Positions 51,206-64,000 of a stretch of DNA of 64,000 bases are shown here, one piece after another. The notes under the pieces were generated by a model. It was not told the DNA's origin. It did not search any database and saw only the letters and a list, made by a program, of their open reading frames with translations. The position numbers were made by a program, and so were the translations under genes. Positions within the stretch are counted from its first letter, which is position 1. Each line of letters starts with the position of its first letter. This stretch comes from Octopus bimaculoides (lineage: Eukaryota), in contig NC_068985.1 of the NCBI RefSeq assembly GCF_001194135.2, forward strand, positions 72,038,224-72,102,223, given 5' to 3'.

Positions 51206-53477
51206 TTAATACTTTAGCTTGTTTTATCCATCACAGGTTTGAGGTTACACGTGAGAACCAAATAACATTTCATTTCTTTTTTCAAAATGTTTTCTGAGTT
51301 ATTTCAGTAACAGAGAAAAAGGTAAGTTGGTGTTGTTTAACCCCAAGTAAACACAATGATTACAGTGGATCTTACATTGGCTCAATCAACAGAATTATCT
51401 GGTCAACAGATTTTTAAGTGTAAGTGGTTGAATATTCTACAAACATTTGTTCTCTTTACTATAATTCTTGCATAGAATCAGTGTATCAATGCATGTGCCA
51501 AAGCTAAGCATTTGCAATACTGGTAGAGGCCAGCAGATAGCTTTCTACATAGTTTCTGTCAATGGCATATCACTTTCAAGGCTTGAATTGACCTGAGGTA
51601 CTGCTCAGTGCACAAACCGTTTGTGTGTGAAGCTGGTGTTTCTCTTTGTTACTGTTCTGATTTTGAGAAAATCAGAGTAACAATAGAGTTAATCTTCAAC
51701 TACAAATGAATAAAAAAAACAAACAAAAAATTACATACACTGAGTTCTTTTTTTTTCCCCATTTACATACTATTCACACACAACATATATCTTCATCATT
51801 TTATGTCTATTTTTTTCATACTTACATACATTGGACAGGTCTACTCTTGCACATCATCTCACAACTTATTGAATGTCTATTTATCTCCTTGAGAAAGTTC
51901 AAGCTTTCTGCAGTCAGCCTTCACCATATCTTCCTCTTCCATTAATTCCAACCACATGGTACTTCTTTACCCAACTTTGGGTAAAAGAAAATAAGAGAGG
52001 ATTGTAATTTTATTCCACATATTCCCCACTCTGATTCACACTCTTATTGCTGTGGTCCTTTAGTTTTTCTGTAAACGAACTCAGAAGGTTGGGACTCTAA
52101 ACAGGCCTTTCACTACACCCTTAAAGCCAGGAACTTTTCAGCACCTCCTCATATCACATGTCTATACCAACACAGTCTTCTTTCTTGCTTACTGCAATCA
52201 ATTCATCTTATTCCCAGTTTTTTTCTCTCTGCTCTTCTGTTAGCTAGTCTGTATCTCTCAACTGGTTTTATTACATGTTATAAACCTCTGTCACTTGCTC
52301 CTCTTTCTCATATGTGTTGCCTCATGTTTTGAATGGTATGTGTGACTGAAGCATCTTTCAGTTTAAATACTTTTCTTCTTCGAGTCTGCATAGCTCTTAT
52401 CCAGAAGTCAATGTTTTATGTATTTATATATATCCTCATGAGTGTGACTTAGTTGTGAACAGTATTCAGCTCACAGTTATAAGGTCATAAGTTCAATTCC
52501 TAGTGGTGCATTGTGTCCTTGAGAGAGACATTTTGTTTCACGTTGTTCCATTCCACTCAGCTGACAGTACCTGTATTTCAGTGTGTAGTACCTATATTTC
52601 AAAGGGCCAGCCTTGTCTTATGCTGTGTCGCTTTGAATCTCCCTGAGAACTACATTAAAGGTACACATGTCTGTTGAGTGCTCAGCCACTTGACCATTTA
52701 TTTCACCAGCTGGCTGTTGATTTTTTTTCTGAGGCCATGCTGGGGCACTGTGTTGAAGAATTTTTAGCCAGATGTATCAAACCCAGTACTTACTTTTTAA
52801 AGCCTGGTGCTTATTCTATCGGTCACTTTTGCCAAACTGTTAAGTTACTGAAATGTAAACACACCAGTACTGGTTGGGTTGTCAAGCAGTGGATGGAGTC
52901 AGACAAAGAAACACACACACACACACATACATATATATACACAATGGGCTTCTTTCAGTTTCCTCCTTCCAAATCCATTCACAAGGCTTTGATCAGCCCA
53001 AGGTAATCATACATTGAGAATGAACCCAGAACCGTGTGGTTGGGAAGCAAGGTACTTACTACACAACCATGGATTTGACAAATTTTCTTCTGCATTGTAT
53101 CTCTCCACTTATCAGTCACCATCTCCTTTGTGAGTTTCAGTATCCTGAGATCAATTTTCACTATGTTTACCCATACCTTCCTTGGTTTTCCTCTTCTGCA
53201 ATGTTTTTCACTTGGAGTTCTTCCCCTTCCATATACATATCACATATCTGTACCAATGTGTCACACTGCTTTTGATTTCTCTTATCTTTTATTTTGTTAC
53301 AGTCATTTGACTGCAGCCATGCTGGGGCACTGCCTTGAATGGTTTTTAGTCAAACAGATTGATCCCCAGAACTTTTTTTAAAAGCCTAGTACTTATTCTG
53401 TCAGTCATTTTTGCTAAACTGCTAAGTTATTGGGACAAACACATACACACACACTTACATATATATATATATATATA

Positions 53478-53660
53478 CAGTGATACCTCTCAGTATGAGT
53501 TTAAATCATTCCATGACTGAGCTCGTCTTTTGATTTACTTGTTTTACAAATCAATTTTCCCCATTGAAATAAACTAAAATATAATTAATCCATTCCAGTC
53601 CCCCAAAACCACTCAAAAATAATTTTTTATAGGTTTTAAAACAGAAAAGGTGTAGTTACA
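53478..53660 (+). mobile_element. pogo/Tigger-like DNA transposon end fragment
   Basis: TA|CAGTGATACCTC...TATGAGTTTAAATCATTCC resembles Tigger-type termini. The partner TIR was not found. Confidence 0.5.
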
Positions 53661-54261
53661 AAGAGAATGCAAAAGAATTATGTAAACTGGTTAATATGAG
53701 TTAATATGTTAATCTTGCCTTTCCTGCTGATGATAGCTGGCCTAGAAAATTATTTTATTTTGCTAAAAATAGCTTGAAACCATGGTTCAGGAAATAGATG
53801 GTAAATGTTTTTATTTTACATTCCCTTTTGAAATTATCCCTAATTGTGGTTTGGAGTTTGACTGCTCCTTCTAGTGGGTTAGATGTCCTATTATGGACAT
53901 CTCTCTTATGTGTTTAAATGTACACTGTATGTATTTATAGGAATAATATATAGTCTATTGACTAGTTTTTTCTTCTTGCTAGACCACTAGTAGCAAAAAG
54001 AATTTCTAAATTTTTTTGCTACTCTGAGATTTATTAATAATAAATATATATATATATATATGATAGACTTCTTTCAGTTTCTGTCTACCAAATCTATGCA
54101 CAAGGCTTTGGTCTCCCTAAGGCTATTATAGTAGAAAACACTTACCCGAGGTGCCAAACAGTCATGCCTGTGGTTAGGTTCAGTATTGTATCAGTTTTAT
54201 TATGCTCCCATTATTCAAGAACACTAACATTATGCACCAAATGGATTATGCTCACCTTATT

Positions 54262-54302
<41 letters not shown>

Positions 54303-55081
54303 AGAGAAAGAGGGATAGGAGAAACTCTCAGATCTTAAGCCACACTGTTACTTCTGCTAAATGCTAATAAAAATGTGTGTGTGTAAATATATATATATAT
54401 GCTTACATACATACACACATACATACATACATACATACATACATGTTTGTTGAGGTGTGGAGGGTGTCAATCAGTTTTAATTTTGTCAAGGTCAACATTT
54501 TTTTTTGCATTTTGCTTAAGTAGTCTTGTACTCTAGACAGCAGTTTTATGAGAGTTTTTTTTTTTTTTTTTTAGGGTTCTATTTTGCTTTTCTTTGGCCT
54601 TTTTCGAATGAAATTTCTCTAAATTTTCCATTTACCCCTTCTCTGTCTTTGCATTACCCCTCCCTCCTCTCTCTCTCTCTCTCTCCCACATATAGGAGAA
54701 CACAATTTTATATCATCCCTTCACCACCAACACTTTACCCTGAAGTCTGATAGGCAATAACATCCATTTTTATTGCTAAGATTTGTTTCTGTGTGTTTAT
54801 TTAAATGAGCATGATTCTAGTGGTGTTGAAATAGATGGTGTGTGTCTGTGTGTGTGCATGCATGTATGTAAGTGTGTGTCGTGTGTTATTGTAAATATTG
54901 TATCAGTATAGGAAGTATGAAGTGTGCTGTGAGATTATAAAGGTAATTAAAAGTTTATATGTGTATCACTCAAATCGTGTGTGTTCATATGGAGTAATTT
55001 ACAAATGTATATATGTGTGTAACCACACACATACATATATATATATTTGCATTTATTTCTATATCTATCACTATGTGTTTG

Positions 55082-55134
<53 letters not shown>

Positions 55135-55328
55135 TANNNNNNNNNNNNNNNNNNNNNNNNNNNNNNNNNNNNNNNNNNNNNNNNNNNNNNNNNNNNNNNN
55201 NNNNNNNNNNNNNNNNNNNNNNNNNNNNNNNNNNNNNNNNNNNNNNNNNNNNNNNNNNNNNNNNNNNNNNNNNNNNNNNNNNNNNNNNNNNNNNNNNNNN
55301 NNNNNNNNNNNNNNNNNNNNNNNNNNNN

Positions 55329-56400
55329 TGTTTATTTTTACGTTTCTTGATTTATTATTAGTGTTGCTTAATGTTTTGCTAAAAGTGCTGTTACTTTTCA
55401 GATGTCACCAGAAAAAGATAATTAAAATTCATTAAAGTGACAGATTTATCAGACTTTCAAAGAGGTCAAATTGCCGGTGCTCCTATGGCAGGTACTAGTG
55501 TAATGAAAACAGCCAATATGTTTGGTGTAACAAGAAGTACTGTCTTGAAAGTAATGAGAGCTTTTGAGAAAGAAGGGAAAACCTCCTCGTCGAAACAAAA
55601 CTCCGGAAGAAAACCAAAACTTTCAGATAGGGACCGTCAGACTCTTACACAAATTGTTAGAATGGGTCACAAAAGTACAGCTCCCGAAATTACTGCAGAG
55701 TTTAATGACCACCTCAAGAACCCACTTGTCACAAAAACTGTTCACCAGGAGCTACACAAGGCCAGATTTCATGGGAGGACTGCAATCAGAAAACCACTAC
55801 TTTCAAACACAAATGTTGCAAAGCGTTTAGAGTAAAAACCTACAGAATTGGACCCTAGAGCAGTGGAAGAATGTTTTTTTCTCGGACAAGTCATACTTTA
55901 CCTTATTTCCAACCACTGGCCAAGTATACTTGTGGAGACAGCCAAAAGAAGCATTTGACCTAGACTGACTTCTTCTAACTGTTAAACATGGATGAGGATC
56001 TGTGATGATCTGGTCGGCTATATCTAGGAAATTCGCCGGCACAATGGTTTCCGGTCATGGCAGAATTAATAGTCAAGACTATTTCAGCATTTTATTTGAT
56101 CAAATTTATGCTATGGTTGTGGAACTGTTTCTGGAGGGAAACGCAATCTTTCAGGATGATAATGCACCAATTCGCATAGCTAAAGTTGTTACTGAGTGAC
56201 ACAAGTAACATTCTAGTGAAGTCGAACATCTTATCTGGCCACTACAGTCACCAGATTTCAATATTATTGAACATTTATGGTGTATTTTAGAAAAAAAGGT
56301 AAGGAGTCGATATCCTCCACCATCATCACTACAAAAACTTTTTCTCCATTCTTCCGCTAAGGAAGAATGGAGAAAAATTTCTTTGGAAACAATTCAAAAA
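55329..56400 (+). mobile_element. Degenerate Tc1-like transposase, DD36E spacing
   Basis: HTH region MTDLSDFQRGQI...SGRKPKLSDRDR; catalytic FSD (55885-87), FQDD (56158-60) and SPDFNIIE (E at 56269-71). Several stops and frameshifts. The 5' end is lost in the N-gap and the 3' end is interrupted near 56400. Confidence 0.9.
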
Positions 56401-56699
56401 TGAGCTTTGAGAAGAGACAAGCAAAAGCATGTCTTGTGTTTAGGAAGGAAGTGGAGGAAAGAAAGATAAATAGCCGTTAGTCATGTGTGAGCAACGAGAA
56501 AGTCAAAGAAGAAGAGTGAGAGAGAGGGAGGAACGGTGAAGGTGGGAGAGACAAATAGAAAGGAAGAAGAACAAGGAAAGGAAATAGAATAGAGTTAGGT
56601 TGTAGAGTGCGCATCGGAATTATTAAGATAATACTTACTTGGAATGGATACATGGCATTCGATCATATAATAATATAAATAATATATATATATATGCAT

Positions 56700-57181
56700 A
56701 GGAAAATTTAAAAAATAATAAAAATAATAAATAATAAGGCAGAATGCTAAACTGAAAGCATATTTTAATATAGATGTGCGTAAGGAGGATTAAAAAGGAT
56801 TTATAACCGGCTTTCATTGCATGGCAAATTTTCAAGAAGAGAGGAAATGAAAATGTTTTTTACAAAAATATTTAAAAAAATAAAAATAAATATACCAATA
56901 CATTATATTGTCTTTGAGTTTTTAAAGTTCAATGGTAATCCATGTAGATAATTGTGATTTAGATTAGGATGCAGAGAATTAAGAATCGTGTTGTGTTTAA
57001 AAAAGGCTGAGAGTTTATGTGTTAAACAGGAAGTGTTGTGTCAAAACAGGAAGTGTGTGTAAGGGAAGACAATTCTGTGGGTTTTATACTCTTTAGTTGG
57101 AGTTCTGAACTCTTTGTCAACAGGAAGTTTATGTGTGTTCTTAGAGAAACAATAAGTGTATTTATATGTATTTCAATGGGT
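56700..57181 (+). repeat. Third copy of the same pLTR-like unit
   Basis: aaggcagaatgctaaactgaaagc ... gtatttcaatggg matches 30825-31300 in reverse complement. It sits between the DD36E and DD41D transposons. Confidence 0.9.
56801..56838 (-). ncRNA. Third copy of the U3-A8 hammerhead motif
   Basis: Same core and helices II/III. The first base after the cleavage site is G to T, which weakens helix I. Confidence 0.5.
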
Positions 57182-57222
57182 ATATCTATCTATCTATCTA
57201 TCTATATATATATATATATATG

Positions 57223-58302
57223 TAATACAACGCGAAGCAATGGAATTGCAAACATCCCAAAATAATTTGTTTTGTATCTGTGTGCATTCTCATTCAATGG
57301 CTGATCTCAAATAAGCAACTGTTGCAGGTTTCATAGAGTAGACTTTGTCTTTTAGGTATCCCCATAAAAACAAGTCTAATGGTTTGAGGTCTGGGGAACA
57401 TGGAGAGTATTCAACGTAACCCCTCATCCAATCCACCTATTTGGCTAGATCTTGTCATGGAAGGCTCTAACATTGCAATGGTAGTGTGGGAGTACCCTAT
57501 CTTTTCTGAAAATAAAGCTACTCATCTTCAAAATCTTCTTTAATGCTTAGCATGACAGACTGTTGCAGCAAGTTCAAGTAAACGGGACCAGTCACAATAG
57601 CGTCAAAAAGAATGGTCCAGTTAATCCTCTTGATGATGTAACTTCTGGTAAATTAGCATGTTGTTCCACCATAACATGCAGATTTACAGGTCCCCAGTAG
57701 GTGCCATTGTAGCAGTTAATTAAACCGTTTAATTTGAATGTAGCCTCATCACTCCACACAATCTTTATTGGAAAGTGTACATCTACACATCATGCCTAAA
57801 ACCACTCACAATACTGCACTCTTCGATCTGGATGATCATCATTAATAGAATGGACTAATCTTGGAATGTAACTTTTTCATTGACAATGCTTCAAAATGCA
57901 TTGGACAGATGATTTTGAAATACCTACCTCACGACTTGCTTGACAGATTTTGTTGGACTTTGGTGATACATTTCCAGCACTCCTTCTTGCTTTGTTGGGG
58001 TTGTCGATGTTTGTGGTCTTCCAGAATGCTTCTTGTGAACATTCTGAACAGTTCCATTGGCCTCAAACTTATCTCTAATTCGAGTGATTTTAAGTCGCAT
58101 TGGTGGATCTGTTTGAAACCTCCTGTCTTTGCACTTCAACTGCTTTTTCACACTTCCAGTGGCAGTTCAGAATGAATTTCCTTCGTTCAAAGTTTAGTCT
58201 GATTGCCATCATTAATTCCAATAATGGGTTTAATCTGGGAAGAAAAAGCATCAATTGAGTTATCAGCTGCTAAAGTATGTATACAGTTTTTGGTACACCC
58301 TG
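57223..58302 (-). mobile_element. Degenerate DD41D (rosa/Visitor-type) Tc1/mariner element
   Basis: Minus strand RFQTDPPMRLKITRIRDKFEANGTVQNVHKKHSGRP...; PNRWIG..G.VEYSPCSPDLKPLDLFLWGYLKDKVY; one TIR CAGGGTGTACCAAAAACTGTATAC at 58279-58302. The D-D spacing of 41 is obtained only after repairing frameshifts. Truncated after SIASRC. Confidence 0.8.
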
Positions 58303-58365
58303 TGTATATATGTATATATATATATATATATATGCACATATATATACATATACACATATATGTAT

Positions 58366-58410
<45 letters not shown>

Positions 58411-59045
58411 AGACCTACATATATACACACACACACATATATATATATGCAGACACACTCATACACATCGTTGCTCAGTACTTATTTCCATTTTTTTTTT
58501 ATTACGTGTGCCACAAATATATGGATACATCTATAGACATGTGTGTCTGTGTTTACATTTATTATGTGTTTGTGTGTAGAATTCCTACACTTTCAATTCC
58601 CGTGCCACCTGACTAATGGATGTTCAGCTGGGCTGTAAATTAAATTTAGTTTTAAAACCTCTTAGTGACTAGTGTCACTAACTTTATAGGCTGTTTTTCA
58701 CCAGCTGTGTGGTTTTTCAACTTTAAAGCTTTTGCTCTTTTGTTAATTAAGCTTCTGCTGTAGTAAAATGTGTGTTTGCCTATGTATATGAACGTGTGTG
58801 TTAGAGTAAGTGTGTGTGCTTGTGTACATCTACATATCTATATTCCTATATTTACCTATCTATCTATTTATCCACCTCTCTTTCTCCCTCTCTTTTTCTC
58901 TCCCTCCCTCTCTCTCTTCATGCGTGTGTGTGTGTGTCATCATTTTCATTTATCATTTGTTTTCCATTCTGGATGTATATGTGTATATATATATATATAT
59001 ATGTGTGGGGGGGGGATATATGTGTGTGTGTGTGTGTGTGTGTGG

Positions 59046-59082
<37 letters not shown>

Positions 59083-59779
59083 GATATATGTATATATGTG
59101 TATACATATATATCTATATTTATGTGTGTGTGTGTACATATTTAGTCATGTTTATATTTTCTTCTACATATGGCTGATTATATGTATGTGTGAATAAGTG
59201 CATGTATGCATAAATGCAGATACACACACCAATATATGTCATGCGCCCTCTGTATGGAGTTTCCTTTCATTGAATTTGTTTGAAGTTTCTTCCTTCATGT
59301 TTACCAGAAATTTTAGATTTCTCTATTAATTACAAACTGACACACATCTCAACACTTACATATATACAGCATAAACTCCTACACACACATACACACACAC
59401 ACACTCATGCTATCATACATTAATATGTATAGTCAAATCATGGAATGAATATATATATTTGCACACATTTCAATGCAATATCATATATGTTTATATACAC
59501 TAACATCACTTTTCACAAACCAATGATGGCTATTTGACCTGCTAGAAATAGTAGCCCTTTTTTATTTTGTTACATTCTACTATTTAAAAATGAAAAAAAA
59601 AGAAGAAATGTCACATTACTCAATGTTCTCCTTGATACACAATGTTTTAAGAAAAACAAGATAGAATTCCTTTGGTATGATTGGAATATTTTTGGTATGT
59701 CTGCTTATTCAGGATTGATCTGCAGTCAAACTACAAGAACAACATCCATATCATGAACATCCATTAACACGCTCATGTG

Positions 59780-60830
59780 TATGTGTGTGTACAAACACAT
59801 CACGTGATCACATGACTGACCAGCCTATCAGATGTTGTTACACATCGCTGGTCACAGTACATTTTGTGCTGTTTTAGCCTTCAAATGACACCACCCTGCT
59901 GGTTAGGTCAGCAAGCCAATAAAAACACATAATGTGTAAAAATAATAGTAAGTGGATCCTCTGCTAGTTTTAACAATGTGTATTCTAGTTGTCTGATGTA
60001 CTGAACTACCAACTCATTGTATTAAAGTGCTGGTTGTTAAGTATTCCACAGATTCAGACACCCTTAATGCCGTTCTCAGGCAGAAGCATTGTGATAGAGT
60101 TGGCCCTTTGAATTATATGTACAGTATATTCAACTCGCTTCCACACCGTTTCTCTCTGCTTGGGTTATTCCAAAGCTTTGGCAGAAGACATTTACCCAAA
60201 ATAATAATCGGTGAGATCAAACTCTAAATCATGTGATTGCAAAAGAAGCTACTCAACCCCTTACACACTCATATGCTTATATATACATACACTTATATCA
60301 GGGTGTTGGATCACCAACATTTAATGATGAAGCAACTGCATTGCCTGCTCTGAAATGAATCTATAAATGGTGAGCATTTGTCAGATGTGTGTGTATTCCT
60401 AATGTAATTCTCAGGCAAAATTAATTAGACACAGTGTATGACAAGGCTGTACTCTTTGAATTAAGAGGCACAATCTGCCCTTCAGGCTTTTATTCAATTT
60501 CCAGTTGCACTCACTAAATATGTGTTGACCCAATGTTGTAGAATATGACATTTTCCCAAAATGCCATGCAGTGGGATTGAAACCAGAACTTTGTTGTTGC
60601 AAAGTGAACGTTCTAATCATTCACTTATATTGTACCTATATATATATATATATATATTTATATGCATGTATGTAAATACAAACAAATGATATCTAACCAT
60701 GTCACATGATCATGTGACTGACCAACCTATCAGATGTTGTTACACATCACTGATCATAATGTGCTTTGCATCATTTTAGCCATCAAATAACAACACCCTG
60801 CTGGCAAGGTGAGCAGGCCAACAAATCGCA
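59780..60830. repeat. Two direct copies of a further interspersed repeat (about 59780-59930 and 60700-60830)
   Basis: Both contain catgactgacca.cctatcagatgttgttacacatc.ctg.tca ... caccctgctgg. Confidence 0.75.
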
Positions 60831-61154
60831 CTCATTGAAGATGGACTGAAGCAATCTGAAATGAAGTGTTTTGCTCATGAACATAACACATCATTTGGTC
60901 TGTGAATTGAACCCACAATCTAGCCATCATGAATGCAACAACCTAATCACTAGGCCACGTACCATCATTTAACCTTGTAGAATTATACAATCTAACCGTG
61001 TATAAAACCAAAATGCATAAAAATACTCAGATCTGTACTTAAATATTTAACTGAATCACAAGCATACACCCTCACTCTCTCTTTCAAAATATTTATTGCC
61101 ATTCATTCTCCTCTGGTCACCCTTACACATTTCTCCTTCAGTAATAACTTATGA

Positions 61155-61622
61155 GGGTGGTGAGCTGGCAGAAACGTTAGCACACCAGGCGAAATGCTTT
61201 GTGGTATTTCGTCTGTCTTTATGTTCTGAGTTCAAATTCCACCAAGGTCGACTTTGCCTTTTATCCTTTCGGGGTTGATAAATTATGTACCAGTTGCGTA
61301 CTGGAGCCGATCTAATTGAGTGGCCCCCTCCCCCCAAATTTCAGGTCTTGTGCCTTGAGTAGAAATGAATAACAACTAATGACGGCAGGTGAGCTGGCAG
61401 AATTGTTAGCATGTCGAGCGAAATGCTTAGCAGTATTTCATCTGTCTTTATGTTCTGAGTTCAAATTCGCTGAGGTCGACTTTGCCTTTCATCCTTTCGG
61501 GGGCGATTAAATAAGTACCAGTTACGCACTGGAGGGTGGGGGTTCAATGTAATCAACTCAATCCCTTTGTCTGTCCTTGTTTGTTCCCTCTATCTTTAGC
61601 CCCTTATGTGCAATAAAGAAAT
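61155..61622 (+). mobile_element. Two head-to-tail SINE family A copies
   Basis: 61155-61368 and 61382-61622 share the head and body but have different 3' tails. Confidence 0.85.
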
Positions 61623-62653
61623 ATATAATAACTAATGCACATTGCACTAACAAGGGGAAACTATGGTTGCACAGCCTCCAAGAAATAGCAGCTAAATCTC
61701 TATTACATCACATTCTATCATTGTTTGGATTATATAGTCCAGGGTAGAGTGTTCTGGAAAAATAAATGGGATGGTCATGGCTGAAACACTTCTCATCTTA
61801 TCAAGGCTCTATTTGATCAAGATCAACACAGAGCTAAGCAACAAGAAAATTTGTGGTATATCATACCCACATTCAATTCATTTCATTGTCAGCCTCAACC
61901 AACAACTTCTGCAGGCAAAGTTTGATTTAGTCTTCAAGTAACTCCTGCAGTTTCTGCTTAGAGCAATGCATATCTGATGTTTTTATTTCACCTAGATTCC
62001 AGGAGATCATAAAACAATTTTATGTCTTTTATATCATGTTCCTCCCCTTCCACCATTATTAGAACCATCATTTATCATCACCACCATCATCATCACCATC
62101 ACTGTCATAATCTTCATTCCCTTCTTCCTCCATGTCATCTTTGTCAGTAATATTATCCTCAAAAATATTCATTTATATTACTTCATATCAATAAACTATA
62201 AATTGTTTTAACTGGAGAAATCATTAGTTACTGATTGATGATCAGAATGTGTGTGGAGGAGTGTTGTGAAAATGCCATAACTAGGTGGATGGGGTGGGAG
62301 CAGTCACCTGATAACCCCCCCCCCTCTTGCATATTTTTGTTTTTGGAAGTTGTTTTTTTTCTTCATGTTTTCTTTATTTTATCTTGCTTCAGGTTCTTGG
62401 TGCTACAATTGATATAAAGCTTGTTTTAGCCCTGGTTCATCCCTGATCAGGCACACTTTTGGTCAAAGAGGAGCTGTCTATGTCCAATCTTTTATTTTGA
62501 CTGATTGACAAAGATTCACTCATTAATATGCTACAGTCACTAGATCACACTACTTCTGCTATACAGTGGCCCCTCTAAACTAGCTAGCTGCTTACTTTCA
62601 AAGCCTTACTGCCACCCATGGTCCTCACAGTACTTCAATGCTCAAACACTATA

Positions 62654-62875
62654 TTAACCCTTTAGCATTTAAACCGGCCATATCTGGCCCAAATACACTA
62701 TCTGCTTCATGTCCAAACTGGCTGTAACTGACCTCTGGTACCTACCCCACAATGTTGCTCTGAAAACACATAATCACATCTTTGAAATCTTGAAGCTATG
62801 AGATAATGTAGGATTAATTCAAACATTGTGAATTAATGAATGTATTTAACAAAGTAATCTGAATACTGTATGGTG
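62654..62875. mobile_element. piggyBac-type (TTAA) MITE copy, opposite orientation
   Basis: ttaaccctttagcatttaaaccggccatatctggcccaaata is the reverse complement of the 3' end of the 50987 copy. Confidence 0.78.
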
Positions 62876-63851
62876 AAATATTTTCTTGGTAACAATCTTC
62901 TTGACCTACATCTTTTTTACGAGCATCAAAAATTAAGATTTATAGGAGTTCAAAATGAATGTCAACTGCCTTGATTTTATCAGTTTGGGAGGATCATCAA
63001 AGGTGTTCATAATCACTACTCCTCATCCTTCACTGATGATGGTCTCTGTTGTTGCTTCACTCTTATACTCTCTCTTATTCAATAGTTTTTGGTTTTGCAT
63101 TATTTGTTTGGTTAAATTATACTGTGTAACACGATTTTTGTCCTAGGGTAGCAACTGTTATTTCGTATCTGCTTACCTCTAGAAAGTATGAAAAATGGCT
63201 AATATTTCCTTCAAACTTTGCTTTTGTGACATTTATTCAAACCTCAAAGAATCCCTCTCAACACATGGCTCAGATGCTCCCCCACTGATCCTGCTCATGA
63301 CCAGAGATGCACATATTGTCAGCCACTAAGAGTCAAGCTCAATTGGTTAAGGTCAAACAACTGACAAGCAAATCTGTGGTACTGAGTTGAATATTTGCTA
63401 TAATGATATTTCTACTTCAGCAACTCAGTGCTGAATCTGTGTGAAATGTAATGGAAAATAGTTCGGTTTTGAAACATTGATGTCAGTGTCACAAAAGCAA
63501 AGTTTGAAGGGAATAGTTGTTTCCTTTGATTTCTAGATTAGAAACAAATAGGAAATAACACTTATTGGCCAAAGACAAAAGAAAATTTTTTAAATGTGTT
63601 ACCCAATGTTACTGTTATTTTTGATATTATTTTGCTGGTGGTGTTTTCTTGTTTTAGTTAGAACCACAAAGGTTCTGTGATGCCCTGCAGCCAATTTTAG
63701 TTTTTGTCACCAACCTTTGACATCAAGGTTTTATTCTCTTTCTGCAATTTTCTGATTGAAATAAAATAATTAAATTTAATCATAGCAGAAAATTTGTAAT
63801 ACAAATCTCAACATATGACTAATAGTTTTCTCTCCTTCTCTTCTTTTATAG

Positions 63852-64000
63852 GATCTTATGTTTCCAAATCGAGATTTAGGCCGATTTTCAGTGGATGTAA
63901 ATGGAACATTACATATTCGACAAGTGCGTTTTGAAGATGCTGGCGAGTATACATGTCATGCATATAATGCAGCTGGCAGCAAAGATAAGAAAGTTCACAT
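63852..64000 (+). CDS. robo: Robo exon, C-terminal half of Ig4 (runs off window end)
   Basis: Long pyrimidine tract then tatAG|GAT, phase 0. Translation DLMFPNRDLGRFSVDVNGTLHIRQVRFEDAGEYTCHAYNAAGSKDKKVH; the xLMFP start matches the Robo Ig4 second half (NLLFP in vertebrates). Not present in the ORF track. Confidence 0.9.

Noticed and set aside
58662-58681. Palindrome ttagtgac-tagt-gtcactaa
   Set aside because: An 8-bp arm palindrome is expected by chance in 64 kb of AT-rich DNA; no other support.
61155-61622. Regularly recurring repeats as a CRISPR-like array
   Set aside because: Tandem SINEs in a eukaryotic intron; no short repeat-spacer periodicity or cas genes.

Overview
AT-rich, microsatellite-laden animal genomic DNA with nine N-gaps. 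The SINE and repeat repertoire looks like an octopus or other coleoid cephalopod; this is pattern recognition, not a database result. The window lies entirely within one + strand gene, a Roundabout (Robo) axon-guidance receptor. Five coding exons encode Ig2 through most of Ig4 (9373-9606, 20337-20475, 34787-34914, 50833-50957, 63852-end), join in frame with matching intron phases, and are separated by 10.7-15.9 kb introns. The introns are packed with mobile DNA: at least four SINE-like families, RTE, CR1-like and R4/Dong-like LINE fragments, degenerate Tc1/mariner transposases of four catalytic types (DD34D, DD36E, DD37D, DD41D), TA- and TTAA-type MITEs, a Helitron, a Helentron-type (HINE-like) element and Penelope-like pieces. 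The most unusual signal is five minimal type-I hammerhead-ribozyme motifs from three sequence families, each with a palindromic helix III. One family has a U3-A8 compensatory core, two motifs are on the Robo sense strand, and two sit in or inside long inverted repeats. Nearly all long ORFs in the supplied track are artefacts of N-runs or microsatellites. There are no rRNA, intact tRNA or CRISPR features.
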